Below the pieces are notes generated by a model. That model did no database searches and was not told where the DNA came from. It saw only the letters and a program-made list of their open reading frames with translations. A stretch of 63,976 nt of DNA, filler included, from Catajapyx aquilonaris (taxonomy: Eukaryota), in the NCBI GenBank assembly GCA_000934665.2. It is 2 parts of 2 records of this genome, joined end to end, with 100 filler letters (N's around TTAATTAATTAA, not from the genome) between each part and the next. Parts side by side here need not be neighbours in the genome. Positions count along the whole stretch, not along the records: positions 1 to 31,939 come from JYFJ02004477.1; 1 more part is not named here. One strand, 5' to 3'. The translations under genes and the position numbers were made by a program. This document shows positions 10,601-22,120 of the stretch, in pieces (the first letter of the stretch is position 1; every line of letters starts with the position of its first letter).

Positions 10601-13003
10601 GTGAGCTATTTAGCAAAACGAAGGACTGAAGGAATTTGCCTTGATTCGTTGTGATGGAGTGCGCTGAACATGGGATATGTCCTACAGAAGAAGTTGCATA
10701 TTTTCACAGCCATGTAGGCTGGTACTCACACATTTTCCCCTGTAACATTATTTTAGAATAGTACCAGTTGCATTTAAAAAATTTGACAAGGATCAGAATT
10801 ATGGAAATCTACCCTGGTTATTGCGGCATGCCAGTCGACCTGGTTGTACACTGGCAAGCCGGTTTAAGTGAGGTAATACGGTACTTCCCTGGTGTATCAC
10901 TTTGGGGGAAGAAAAAAGGATTCAGAGTATAACAGAAACCTGTCCATTATACGACAGGTTGCCCCTATATTCAATCCACATTGTCATTGACATTGATATC
11001 TCTTTTCAGGTCGTGCTGTGTTCATGCTTGCTGTTTTTTTTTTTTGTTAATTTCAAAGATGGACACAATGTTACCTTTATAACCTACAGAACATTGCCGT
11101 ATCAGGTCCAGCAACTCTGTCAGATTGAAGATTGTGTAAATTCATGGAATGCTGGCTACTTCACACCTTATTTGGGCCACAAGAGGTCTCTCTCATGTGA
11201 CACGTGTTCGAAGTAATTATTCCTGTGAGCAGAGAGTTTTTACAGACTGAATTAGCTCACTGAATATGGAGCTTTTACAAACTTGTTTCATTCATTAAAT
11301 TCATTCATCAATCCCTGTGTGAAGAACAGTTACCCAGCTAGTAAAACTTGCTTGACACCAGTGTTTAATTTCCAGCCAACATGCAATTCCCATCATGATG
11401 GAAAATGGATTCAACATTGCTTCTGAGTGCTACCAGGTGATTGATGGGTTGCCTCACTCGGATGTGTGCATGATGCGATTGAGCAATGGTGAAATGACCC
11501 CATTTGAGTCACTGTTTGACCTAAGAATATTTAAGGTCGCAGAGTATCGTTATGCTATGCCCATCACCCTTCTACTGTGGTCTCATGGTGAAGAGGAACA
11601 GCTTGATGAACTAAAGTCATACTTGGACGCAGGTATGGTGTTTAACTGAATTAAATGTGTGCCACTTGGAACTATGATGTAATGCATGTCTGGATTTCAG
11701 GTTTGCAGATAAACCCAACCCGACTGGATGTGGTGCCTCCTCTGTCTCTCTTCTTGCGTCATTATGACAGCAGGGGGCTCACAGATTCCCTCCACCTGTC
11801 CATCCTGCGCCTTCTGCAGATTCGAGGTCTGGACCCAGACTACACGTCCAGCCACAACACCTTTGGAGTGCCAGATTCACTTGTGGCTGCCAGCCTAAGC
11901 GACCCCCGAACCCTGGCCTTCCTCCTGACGTTCTCTAGGACCACCCCAGAGCAGATTCTTGACAGGTGCATATATTGATAATAATTAGACACTAGATCAG
12001 TGGTTTCAGAGCTTTTTTGTCATGTAAAAACATGTAGCTGCAATTGAGCAAGGTTCCATAAGGATCACTATACTTGGATGGGAATAAGTGCACAGTTGTT
12101 CTGCATATGGGAGATGATTATACACTTTGCAGTTCCATGGTCTGGTCCTGCATATTGACCTCGTATGAAAGTAATTTGCTCATTTCCTGTCAGATCAACG
12201 CGATTTGCACATGATTTCCGTGCATCCTTAGCTTTCTGGTCCAAGGTTTCTATTATGAATCAGAATTTTTGTTCCCACAAATGTAGAGACCAGATGACAC
12301 TACACAATATGTTTCACTTCTCCCAAAATTGTGTCCTCGTAACCTTGTTTGTTAACCACTGATCTAGATAATGGTGTCTCGATATGGATTTCATGCATGC
12401 TAATCACATCTGCGCAAATTCCAACAGGTGGACAGTTGTGCTGATGGGCAGTGATGACGGTGGTGGCGTGAGGGTGGTGAGGCGGTGTCTGCGCAGACGA
12501 TTTTCAAACCACATGAAGGCCACTTGCAATGTGGCAGTAGCGTTGGGAGGCATTTGTTTGGGTCATGATCGGGTGAGGAGGTTCCAAGAAGCTGTGAAGG
12601 CAGCAACGAGAAGATATGCTGACTGGGAGGACCTCCATGAGCGCATGGGTGAGATTTCTGTAGCTTGCTACCACTTGCTATACATAGGTATGCTGGTACG
12701 AGTGGCTCGTATTTTGGTCACCCTGCCTAGCTCACCGGCTTCAGTAACTGATGCAGAACTAGCCCACGTTGTTTATTTAGACTCGTTTCTGAATGTGGTG
12801 ATTATTTTGCCGTTGCAGATCGCGAAGTCCCATCCCTGAAGCACTTGAGCCGGTGTGGAATACGCCAAGCACTGTCGCAGTCACTACGTCCAGGCCAGCT
12901 GGTTAAGAGTGCTTTGGATCAGTTGGAGGTTCCTGAGACACTCAAGCCCTTTCTGTTGTATTCTGATATTGACCTGCTCAAGTTCCCCATAGGAATGGGC
13001 TAG
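4700..13003 (+). CDS. Coiled-coil + ankyrin-like + SOCS-box (ASB-like) protein, array copy B, complete, ~605 aa
   Basis: Nine exons: 4700-5092, 8284-8371, 8967-9093, 9155-9280, 9848-10003, 11376-11632, 11701-11965, 12428-12648, 12819-13003. Total 1818 nt, in frame (intron 5 needs a GC donor). Ankyrin repeat GMTPLMKAAIAGHFQMVEVYVEAGAD; SOCS box VPSLKHLSRCGIRQAL...LEVPETLKPFLLY. Confidence 0.8.
6584..7979. mobile_element. Non-autonomous piggyBac-like element
   Basis: TTAA at 6580-6583 and 7980-7983 flanking TIRs CCCTAATAAGA / TCTTATTAGGG. Confidence 0.75.
6985..7540 (+). mobile_element. pogo/Tc2-type non-autonomous element nested in the piggyBac-like element
   Basis: TA target duplication and TIRs CTGTATTTACTCGCATATAAGAC / GTCTTATATGCGAGTAAATACGG. 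Repeated TATAAGACGCAC motifs. Relic peptide MEVKEKRRSYHADFKRKVI resembles the Brinker-type DNA-binding start of pogo transposases. Confidence 0.8.
11998..12361. mobile_element. hAT-type MITE in intron 7 of copy B
   Basis: Ends CAGTGGTT / AACCACTG, flanked by an imperfect 8-bp duplication CACTAGAT / ATCTAGAT. Absent from the equivalent intron of copy A. Confidence 0.65.
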
Positions 13004-13485
13004 AAGAATGTAGGACTGCAGTACCTGAACAAGTGCACTTTGGAAGTCTAAGAGTGAATGTACCTGGATGAATCATGTTTAATTTTCTTATTCTTGCCTC
13101 ATGTGTGTTGTGACTTTGAAAATAAAAAAAGTGAGTTGCTGGAGTCCAGTTATTTGTCATTGCATACTCTGCTGCCATTGCCACTTTTTAAACATTAAAA
13201 TGAGTATGTTGTGATCTGTGCCATGTTGCAATCTCTATGGTTTTTGCAAGAAAATTAAACAAGATAGACAAATTGGCATAACGGCTTTCCCATGGGCTAC
13301 AGCTCGCAATCGTGTTTGTGATTATGCTCCAGAATAATAGTCATGAAATTGACCTCTGTTTCATAGGCAATGTGGTTATTTGATAAGCTTTTTAGAAGCA
13401 AGTTCATGAATTGCATTACAGAACAGTTACAAAAAGTGTGGTTCCTCCTGTTTTCTTAGGGCAGGTTGAAATGTACAAAATAATA

Positions 13486-13790
13486 GGGGAGGCGGAGTGG
13501 CGCTGCGGTAACGTATGCGCCCACAGATGTAAGGGTCCCTCGTTCGATCCCAAGCCCGGGCATTCCCCCCTTCATCTTGTGCAGAGTTGGGTCGTCTCTG
13601 GTTTCATCTCCAGTGGAATTCCTTGTGACTGACCACCCGGGGAGGTCACAAAAAGACCCTTGCATTGCACTTACACTTTGCACATCCCCCCTCCTAGAGT
13701 CCCAGTCATCCTGACTGTGGGCCAGGGCGCTTCGTTGAAGGTTCCATCCAATACATATGTACAGATTGTACACACAAGGCTAATAAAAGT
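13486..13790 (+). mobile_element. tRNA-derived SINE-like element
   Basis: GGGGAG start, A-box-like TGGCGCTGCGG, B-box-like GTTCGATCC. Body segment (GACCCTT…CATTGCACTT…CCCCC) is shared with 15322-15580. 3' end approximate. Confidence 0.55.
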
Positions 13791-13872
13791 CTGTGCGACA
13801 TACCTTGCAAGGGCCTCAATAGAGAGAGAAAAAAAAACACTGAAAATATTACACGATGGATTCTCATTAAGA

Positions 13873-14094
13873 TTTGAATTCCCCGGCAAGAGGAAGCAGT
13901 TGTCGCCCACTGCCCGCCAGATGTCCGCACGTTTCACTATCTGTATAATCTCTGCATCATCCAGGCCGCCATTTGGGATTGGACATGCTAGTCACCCTGT
14001 CCGTGCCGACTCTTCGTTTGCCCCGTGTTCCGCCCCGTGTTCTGCCCGCAGTCTGACGGAAAAAGGAGGTTCTCGTTGTAAGGGGGCGCACCAG
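13873..14094 (+). promoter_or_regulatory. Promoter and non-coding 5' exon of array copy C
   Basis: TTTGAA-TTCC-CCGGC-AA at 13873-13889 and CCGCCAGATGTCC at 13914. Donor CCAG|GTACAG at 14094/14095, acceptor TTCCAG| at 14169. Confidence 0.6.
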
Positions 14095-14230
14095 GTACAG
14101 CATTGGGTAGGCAGCGGCAAGCCTACAACTCAAAAGCTACTCTTTTATTTGTGTGTGTGCATATTCCAGAACGTTCCAGAACATCCCCCAGCACCAGTGA
14201 GGGTTGGAACTGCCTTCCAGTCTACTAGTG

Positions 14231-17200
14231 ATGGCCATGCCTCAAGAGTGGGAGGAATGGGAGGAGGAGGAGGAGCAGTGGAAGCGCCAGGATGAGGAGT
14301 GGATTCTGTCAGTGGGGGAGCAATTCATGAGAGACATGCTGTGGAATAAAGGGAATGGGCATCGCAGCCAGGATTGCCGGGTGTCGCACGTCATGCACTC
14401 CATCCTCAAGGAGCAGTATCGATTAGGTGGACGCCTTAAGCGCCTGGATCAAGAGAAGGAGTGGAAGAAGCAGAAGATGAGTCATCGTCGACATCCTCCG
14501 TCCAAGAGAGGGAAGAAACGCTTGCGCAAGGAGGTCCAGCGCATCGAGAAGGAAATGGCCTGCATAGAGGAAGAGCGGTACAGCTTTTTCAACAGGGTGT
14601 GCGTCTACAATGCACTGATGGACCAGCAGTATGGCCACCCATATGATCAGCTAAAGCGTCGCCTGTGTGTGGCCATCCTGGACTCCCATGGCAACATAAG
14701 GGATCTCACACCACTACCAACTACTGACAATCAGGAGTTGGGATTGGCACAGGGTAATGGTGATGGACAAGCAGGTCCTCCATGTGAGGAGGATGAGAAC
14801 CAAGCCAATGTGGAGGTAATTCGTCAATTGAAAATGGGACATTGTTTGTCAACCTGCCAATTGTAACAATTCTGCCATCTATCCTCTCCCTGCCCTTTTC
14901 CCCCTTCCGTTTTGTTCCACCTTTCCACCCACCCGTCCATGTGTGTTGTTGGCCAGTCGGCACGACTGTCAAGTTGCTGACAGTCAGCAAACAGTTCATT
15001 GCAGTACACATTCTGAGAACCGGGCTGTTCAAAGGCCAAACCGAATAACAATATGGCCTCCACCACCATATAGGCCTCACGCCTAGAAAAATGGAGGGAA
15101 GAGAGGGTTTTTCTAGTTTATTATTTTTAACCACTGTGGCCAAATGCGTGAATGCTTGGACAATGGCTCCCTCTCCACACGTACTTGTCACAATGGGGTC
15201 ACGACTTTCCTCTGATTTTTAAGACAAAAAGTAGCAAATTTCTCTTTGAATGGCACACCAAACGAACGACTAGATTCCCCAGTTATAGATTCACTTTGTT
15301 TCAAGTGCACATACTGTAATTGGGGAAGATGCCGTGGCCGAGATGGTAACGTCTCGGCTTGCTGTGCGAAAGGTTCCAGGTTCTAATCCCTGCCCAGGAA
15401 TTACCTTTTGTCCGAGTCAGGGGGTCTTTGGGCCACGCCTAAGGAAGAATCTTGGCAACCGGCCTCCTGGGGACTGCACATGACCCTTTTCAGACATTGC
15501 ACTTGCACCAATGTTCCCTCCCCAAATCCCCCCAACCTTGCCCTACTTCCCAAATTGTCCTTGCGCAGAGTCCAAAGAAAAAACTGACAATTATTCAAAT
15601 AGTGGTAATCCACTCGTCAGGACAGCATATTGCTACCCTGACTAATGTGACCTTCTAGAAAACTGTAACACACTGGATATACATATATACCTTGTAAATG
15701 AAATACAATAAGGTCAGGTTTTTTGCGTAATAATAGAGTGACTTGAAAGAAAATTTATTTGCCAATACACATGGTGCAGCAGAAGCAGCCTTAAGTCAGA
15801 AAACAAGGGTTTGTCATACGTTGTAAACCCCTCGTTAGTGACCATAGTAATACCATGGTTTTTAATGTTTCCCTTCATGAATTCTTTCTAGGAAGGGATG
15901 GTTGATGCAGCAAAGTCTAGGAACAGTGAGGATGCCAACGGACTTGCGCAGCATAATGTCATGGATGGACATCATGAAGGTATCTTTACATGGTTCTGAT
16001 GGTAATCTTCTCTTGCATGGGCTTACCTATATGAGTATATGGCACACCTAATGGTGATTAAGATAATTATAGAGGGTGTAAATGAAATAAGTGTGCATAT
16101 TTTGACGAACTATAGAGTGACTAGAAAGGAACATTATTTGCCAATACACTTGGTGCTTCAGACATGTCAGAAAACAAGGATTTTTTATGCATTCACACAC
16201 CCACACACACCTAAATCTTAGTAACCGCAGTAACCACCATGGTAACCATACTACTGCAGTGTTTATCACAAGGTAGTCTCCCCAAAGAACCAGCTATGTA
16301 TGAGTATTTTTTCATCCCGCTCTACCTAGAAACATGATGTTTCTTAGTTCATGGGAATATAGCACTATTCACAATAAATGCTGGAATTGACCTTCGATGA
16401 CCTCCATACACTCGAACGGGACGCAACGCAATGCCTATCTTTTAATTATATGAGATCCTCCATAGTATTTTCACATCAACAGTCAGCATTGCCACAGTGT
16501 GTGTTTTGGACCAATACCGTGCAGGAAAAAGGCTCGCTGGAGTGTGGAGAGTGGAGAGAGTTGTGGGCAGATAGCAATACCTGACAACATTGGCCTAATG
16601 TAGAAGAACAAACAGTTTGTTGCATGTATCAGGCACAAATCGTACTCAACCTCATGTCCTCATCTGACAGGATCAGCTCTTCCATCTCATCAAAAACTCC
16701 TGCAATATCACTTCTTCGCAATTAGCTTCTTTTGGCTTAATGGACCATGGCTGTTACTATGGTTACTACGAATTAGGGTTCAATCTCGCATAAGGTCTAA
16801 CGATGGACTTTCATTTTAGGTGATGCAAATGGTGCTTTGACAGAGAGCACCAAGGAGCTTGGTGATGGCTTGCAGAAAAATGATCTGGGAAGCAGTAACT
16901 CAAGTGAGAAAGCTACAGGTGGCAACATCAGTCAAGCAGCCAACTGGTATTTATAGGGTTAAAGTTTTGGGTGTTACAAGTGTCATTGACTTTAAATATA
17001 ATTAATTAGTAGGTTCAGTCAACTACGTTTTCTGTGGACCAGGTTGAGAATTAAGTGGCACACAGGTTAAAGTAACTACAAGTGGTTTATTAAGGCAAAT
17101 CTTAGAAAGGCTTATGCACACATAGTGAATTGTAAGTTGAAACACTTATGTCATCAAAAGAGAGAGAGAGAGAGTGCCTCCAATGCTGGGTATCTGCTAC

Positions 17201-20200
17201 GTTGTGCCTGGATTCCTCTGCCCCCATAGCAGGAATTGGGGCCTCTTTTTTATATGAATTTCAACCCGGAAAAGTGTATATTGGCCACCTGCACCTCCTA
17301 AGTGCAGTCTATTGGCACAACTACATTAGATCTATGCTTTGCTTCATCAAGTGTGTTGAAGGACAAGGCCAACGCGTGTTTGCAAGCTCGAATGACGCTA
17401 TGTTGGTTCTACTGTAGGCGTAGTAAAATTTTTATTGCATGTGTTCAGTGATAATTAATTATTTGTTGTTTTATCCAGCAATGGAGGACACGAGAGAGGA
17501 TAACTCATAACATGTCATTTCAGGAATTCTTTGAATTCAGATGGCCCTGAAGAATCGGGAAGTGAGAGCAAGGAATCAAGAGTGAATGAGGAAACAGTCA
17601 ATGCGAACAACCATGATGACAATGTATCGAAGGAACCTTTGCTTTGCATAAATAATGTGTAAGAAACAATAATAGCAATTTTGTATTTTATAGGTATTCA
17701 GATATGTTATCTGGTTGTGGAAAATAGCCTTCACCTGACTCATATAGAGTGACATGGTCTTTATTGTAATGCAGGGATGTTCCTGGTATGACACCGCTCA
17801 TGAACGCAGTGAGGGCTGGACACTATGATGTTGTGGAAGTGTTTGTGGAACCTGGAGCAGATTGCAGTGTGTTGGAAAAATTGTGGGAATACCTCCCACT
17901 GTACTGGACAGTGCTTACCAAGAATAACAGGTAGGTTATCCAAAAGGCTATCTCAGATGTTCCTGTCAACTTATGCATCATAGGCATACACTGACCGACA
18001 CCCAAGTTCACTGTATAATTTGTAAATTATTTTTTATTTCCAGCCAGGAAGTACTTCCCATCATGATGAAAAATGGTTTCAACCTTGCTTCTGAGTGCTA
18101 CCAGGTGATCAATGTGTTGGCTTTCTCGGATGTGTGCATGATGGGATTGAGCTACCATGACATCACCCCATTTGAATCACTGTTTTTGGAGAGAAAGTTC
18201 AGGGTGGCAGAGTATCGTTATGCTATGCCCATCACACTTCTACTTGGGTCCCATGGTCAACAGGAACAGCTTGATGCACTCAAGTCTTACTTGGATGCAG
18301 GTATGGAGTTTTGACTGAAGAGTTACGTGTCATCTGGCACTAATGAAATGCATATCTGGATTTCAGGTTTGCAGATAAACCCAACCCGACTGGATGTGTC
18401 CCCTCCTCTGTCGCTGTTCCTCTGGCATCATAATAGCCCTGGGCTCACAGATTCCCTCCATCTGTCCTTCCTCCGCCTGCTGGAGTCGAGAGGTCTAGAC
18501 CCAGACTACACTTCCAGCCACAACACCTTTGGAGTACCAGATTCACTTGTGGCTGCCAGCATGAGTGACCCCCGAACCCTGGCCTTCCTCCTGACGTTCT
18601 CTAGGACCACACCACAGCAGATTCTCGACAGGTGCCTATTGATAACTAGATAATCTAGATCAGGGGTGCTCAATCTTTTGGCAGTCACAGGCCACACAAT
18701 AAGCAAGTCTTATACAAGTCTTATTTAAAAAGTATACAGGGTGAAGGGAAACTCCTGGACAATCACCAGGTAGACTGATAGTACTTGCAAAACTAATACA
18801 GGGATGTGCAATTAGTTTTGGACTCCTTTGCGTAGTTAATGCGTATGGCTCCATCGAAGTTTCTTGCCGTCACATCCGTTTCGCCAGTGTCTAAGAAGCA
18901 AAAGTCAGTTCGAGGGCCTCTGGTCCCTTGCCTCAACCCCCTAACACATCGTCCCTGTGCAAAAAGCGATCAAATCCCGCCAGAATAAGAATCTCGGCAC
19001 GACACCCGTGCACTTTGTCTTTTTTATCTCATATTCCACCATCTGGCCCTCTACACTTTAAGGATGCCGTATGCATTAACTATGCAATGGAGCCAAAAAC
19101 TAATTGCACATCCCTATATTAGTTTTGCGACTACTATAAGTTTACCTGGCGATTGTCCACGAGTTTCTCTTCACCCTGTACGCCATGTTTATGCTTAAAT
19201 TCAGGTGCAACAAAAAGACTGCAATTTTAACATTACTTGAAAATTAATTTTATTTCTAAGTTTGCACTTGCAGAGCCCTAATTCCATCTTCAGATCATCC
19301 AACTCTGATTCTGGCTTGCCTTCTGCTGTTATCAACTCTTGGATTTGTTTATTTTGTGCCATTATGTAACAATAATTTTTTCGGGGAGATTCCCTTTCGC
19401 AGGCCATGAGGAAAGGTGTGACAGGTCATGGTTTGAGAACTCCTGATCTAGATAATAACGCCTTTTTATTGATTCCATGCTTGATAAGCACAAACTGCAC
19501 AAATTTCAACAGGTGGACAGATGTACTGATGGGCAATGATGATGGTGGTCATGTGAAGGTCGTGAGGGAAGATCATCGCACTGCGTTTACAGCCCATATG
19601 AAGGCCACTCGCAGAGTGGCAGTGAAGTTGGGAGGGTGTCTCTTGGGCTATGATCATGTGCGGAGGTTCCAAGAAGCAGTGGATGCAGCAACAGAAACAT
19701 TGGTTGACTGGGAGGACCTCCATGAGCCCATGGGTGAGAATTTTTTTGTTTACCATCATTTGTGGGTTTCTATTTTAACTGCTGTGGTGGGCCTTGTGTT
19801 TGTCCCGTGACCCCGAAGAGCTAAGTCGGTGGTAGCTTCGTAAACAGGCAGGGTCTCCCAAGTTGGACAATTCTTTGGAGTAGAAGACAGACAATGGGGG
19901 ATACCACTCAGGGGACAGTGACTCCATTATTGATGTTTAAAGCTGTATTACAGTGTGGTGTAAAATTTTTAAAAGTATTCCGAGTTACGTAAAATTTACT
20001 TGTACGTACATATTGTTGCGGAACAATCCACTTACTTAAGTCAGGGACTTGCTCTAGTTAACTTGAAATTAATGCGATATTTTGTGCACAATACAATGGC
20101 TGTAAAAATATTGACCCTTCTTCATATACTTTATATGTGCAATGTTGTTCTGCAAAGTTTTCTTAACTGAAGAGGTTATCTTGCACAACTGGGGTGTTTA

Positions 20201-20428
20201 TTTCAACTGGTTTCTAAACACAATGATCATATTGCCTTGACAGATCGCATCCCAACCCTGAAGCACCTGTGCAGGTGGGAAATACGCCGAGCACTGTCAC
20301 AGTCTCGCCGTCAAGACCTGCTGATTAAGAGTGTTTTGGATCAGTTGGAAGTTCCTGAGACCATGAAGAGTTTTCTTTTGTATTCCGACGTCGACCTGCT
20401 CGAATTCCCCAGGGGACGGGAGGACTAG
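14231..20428 (+). CDS. Coiled-coil + ankyrin-like + SOCS-box (ASB-like) protein, array copy C, complete, ~672 aa
   Basis: Nine exons: 14231-14815, 15892-15979, 16820-16946, 17524-17658, 17775-17930, 18044-18300, 18367-18631, 19513-19733, 20244-20428. Total 2019 nt, all GT-AG, in frame. Ankyrin GMTPLMNAVRAGHYDVVEVFVEPGAD; SOCS box IPTLKHLCRWEIRRAL...LEVPETMKSFLLY. Confidence 0.85.
15322..15580 (+). mobile_element. tRNA-derived SINE
   Basis: Pol III A box TGGCCGAGATGG and B box GGTTCTAATCC, followed by a non-tRNA body and A-rich end. An inverted relative lies at ~20780-21046. Confidence 0.7.
18661..19445. mobile_element. hAT-type non-autonomous element in intron 7 of copy C
   Basis: TIRs CAGGGGTGCTCAA / TTGAGAACTCCTG with a perfect 8-bp TSD ATCTAGAT (18653-18660, 19446-19453). 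Confidence 0.85.
18737..19178. mobile_element. Tc1/mariner-type MITE nested in the hAT element
   Basis: TA flanks and roughly 90-100 bp imperfect TIRs (CAGGGTGAAG…AAACTAATACAGGGATGTGCAATTAG / CTAATTGCACATCCCTATATTAGTTT…CTTCACCCTG). Confidence 0.85.
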
Positions 20429-20779
20429 AGGCTGGCAGCACAGAACCTAGAAAATGCACATTACAAATGTGGTATGTGAATACTTAAAGAAATAATTTGT
20501 CATCAGAGCTTATTAAACCTGTTCACCTTACTTCCTTTGGATCTTATGACCTCAGAAAATAAAGCATCTGTGTTGGACTTTGAACTTTGAAGATTTTGTT
20601 TACTAATATAAGTGGGTTTTTTGACTCTCCATATCCTTTTTTTTTTTTTTAAATGGGGATATTGGACCTGCTGTTTAGAAGCATGTTCATGAATTGCATT
20701 ACTTTTCAATGTTGCAGGAAGTGATGACCCTTATGGGTGCTATAGGGGGGTGGCATACCACCATCAGTTTTCTGTATAT

Positions 20780-21046
20780 ATTTTCTGCTTCATTCTCTGG
20801 TGCAAGGAAACAGGGACAATGGGAAAGGAGAGGGATTTTTTGGGGAGGGAACATGGGTGCAAGTGCAGTGTCGGTAAAGGGGTCATGTGCTGTTCCCCAG
20901 GAGGCTAGGTTGCCAGACACCTCCTTGGTACAGGTCAGAGACCCTCCTGACGCAGGTGAAAGGAAAGCTCCCCAGGCGGGGATCGAACCTGGGGCCTTTC
21001 ACTCAGCCAGCCGAGACGTTACCATCTCGGCCATCTACACCTCCCC
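20780..21046 (-). mobile_element. tRNA-derived SINE (inverted relative of 15322-15580)
   Basis: Minus strand reads GGGGAGGTGTAGATGGCCGAGATGGTAACGTCTCGGC…GGTTCGATCC; body matches the 15322 copy. Left boundary approximate. Confidence 0.7.
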
Positions 21047-21373
21047 GCATGTAACAATATTGAAACACAGTACACTCTGGATGTAACAGACTTCAAGGAA
21101 CTACCAAAATCAGTCTCGGAGCCGATTGCACCAAGCTTGGTATATGATAAAACCAGGTTTCTTGAGGAAAATCCATACAAATATGTAGGGATTTTCTGAA
21201 AGAAACCTGGTTTTATCATATACCGACCTCTGTGAAACCGGCCTAGATGCACAAGATTCTGGAGAGAACCCAGAAAATCTCTTTACATTTCGTTAAGGGG
21301 GGGGATGAATCAAGTTCGGGAGTAAAATTCTCACTAACCAATAATATCAGTAAGGTACAAAAAAAATCTAATC

Positions 21374-21374
<1 letters not shown>

Positions 21375-21419
<45 letters not shown>

Positions 21420-21480
21420 GTTCATTATTATTAATATTGTTGTTGTTGTTTATTATTATTAATGTTGTTGTTGTTGTTAT
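21375..21480. repeat. (TTA)n/(TTG)n microsatellite; a further (ATA)n tract at ~21868-21920
   Basis: Directly visible trinucleotide tracts. Confidence 0.95.
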
Positions 21481-21890
21481 CACAAGTGGTTACCAGACGT
21501 CCCGGATTGTCCGGAATATCCACCCATTGTCCCGGATTCTTTCAGGGGTCATTCGGGATACCAATTTGTCCCGGATTGCGCCAAATTGTCGCAGTTATAG
21601 CAGGGCTATGTTAGTATACAGTAGTATACGACTGTAACAGTACAACATATGATTACTCTCCGGTCAGCCAGCTACTTGAATGATGTATCTGGGACGGCCC
21701 AAACCAGTAGCCTATAACATCTCATTACAGTGGCAAAAATAAGTAGTTATATAATGGTACACCTGCGATGGTCTCCACTAAGGGTCTCCATCATCACCGA
21801 CAGATCACCTCTTATTGTTTGCTCCCCTAATATAAAAAGGTCCAATAAAGCATATCATGGGATATCCATAATAATAATAATAATAATAAT

Positions 21891-21921
<31 letters not shown>

Positions 21922-22120
21922 GGATACCTCGCGATATGGCTCCTTGAGTCTTTTAGGGGATGATATTTCCAATAACAGTCTTTAATCATTGCCCGAAAAA
22001 AACTACATAAGACTCGGATATCAAATTGCGGCTTGAACCTTGCGGTCCTTGCCGCGTGTGTTTCGGTAAGGTACGCTTACCGGACCAGACCGCCCGGCAG
22101 CGCCATATCAGGACTAAAGT

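Noticed and set aside
15322..15400. Functional tRNA gene
   Set aside because: A and B boxes are present, but there is no convincing acceptor stem or poly-T terminator, and the sequence continues into a body shared with dispersed copies, i.e. a SINE.
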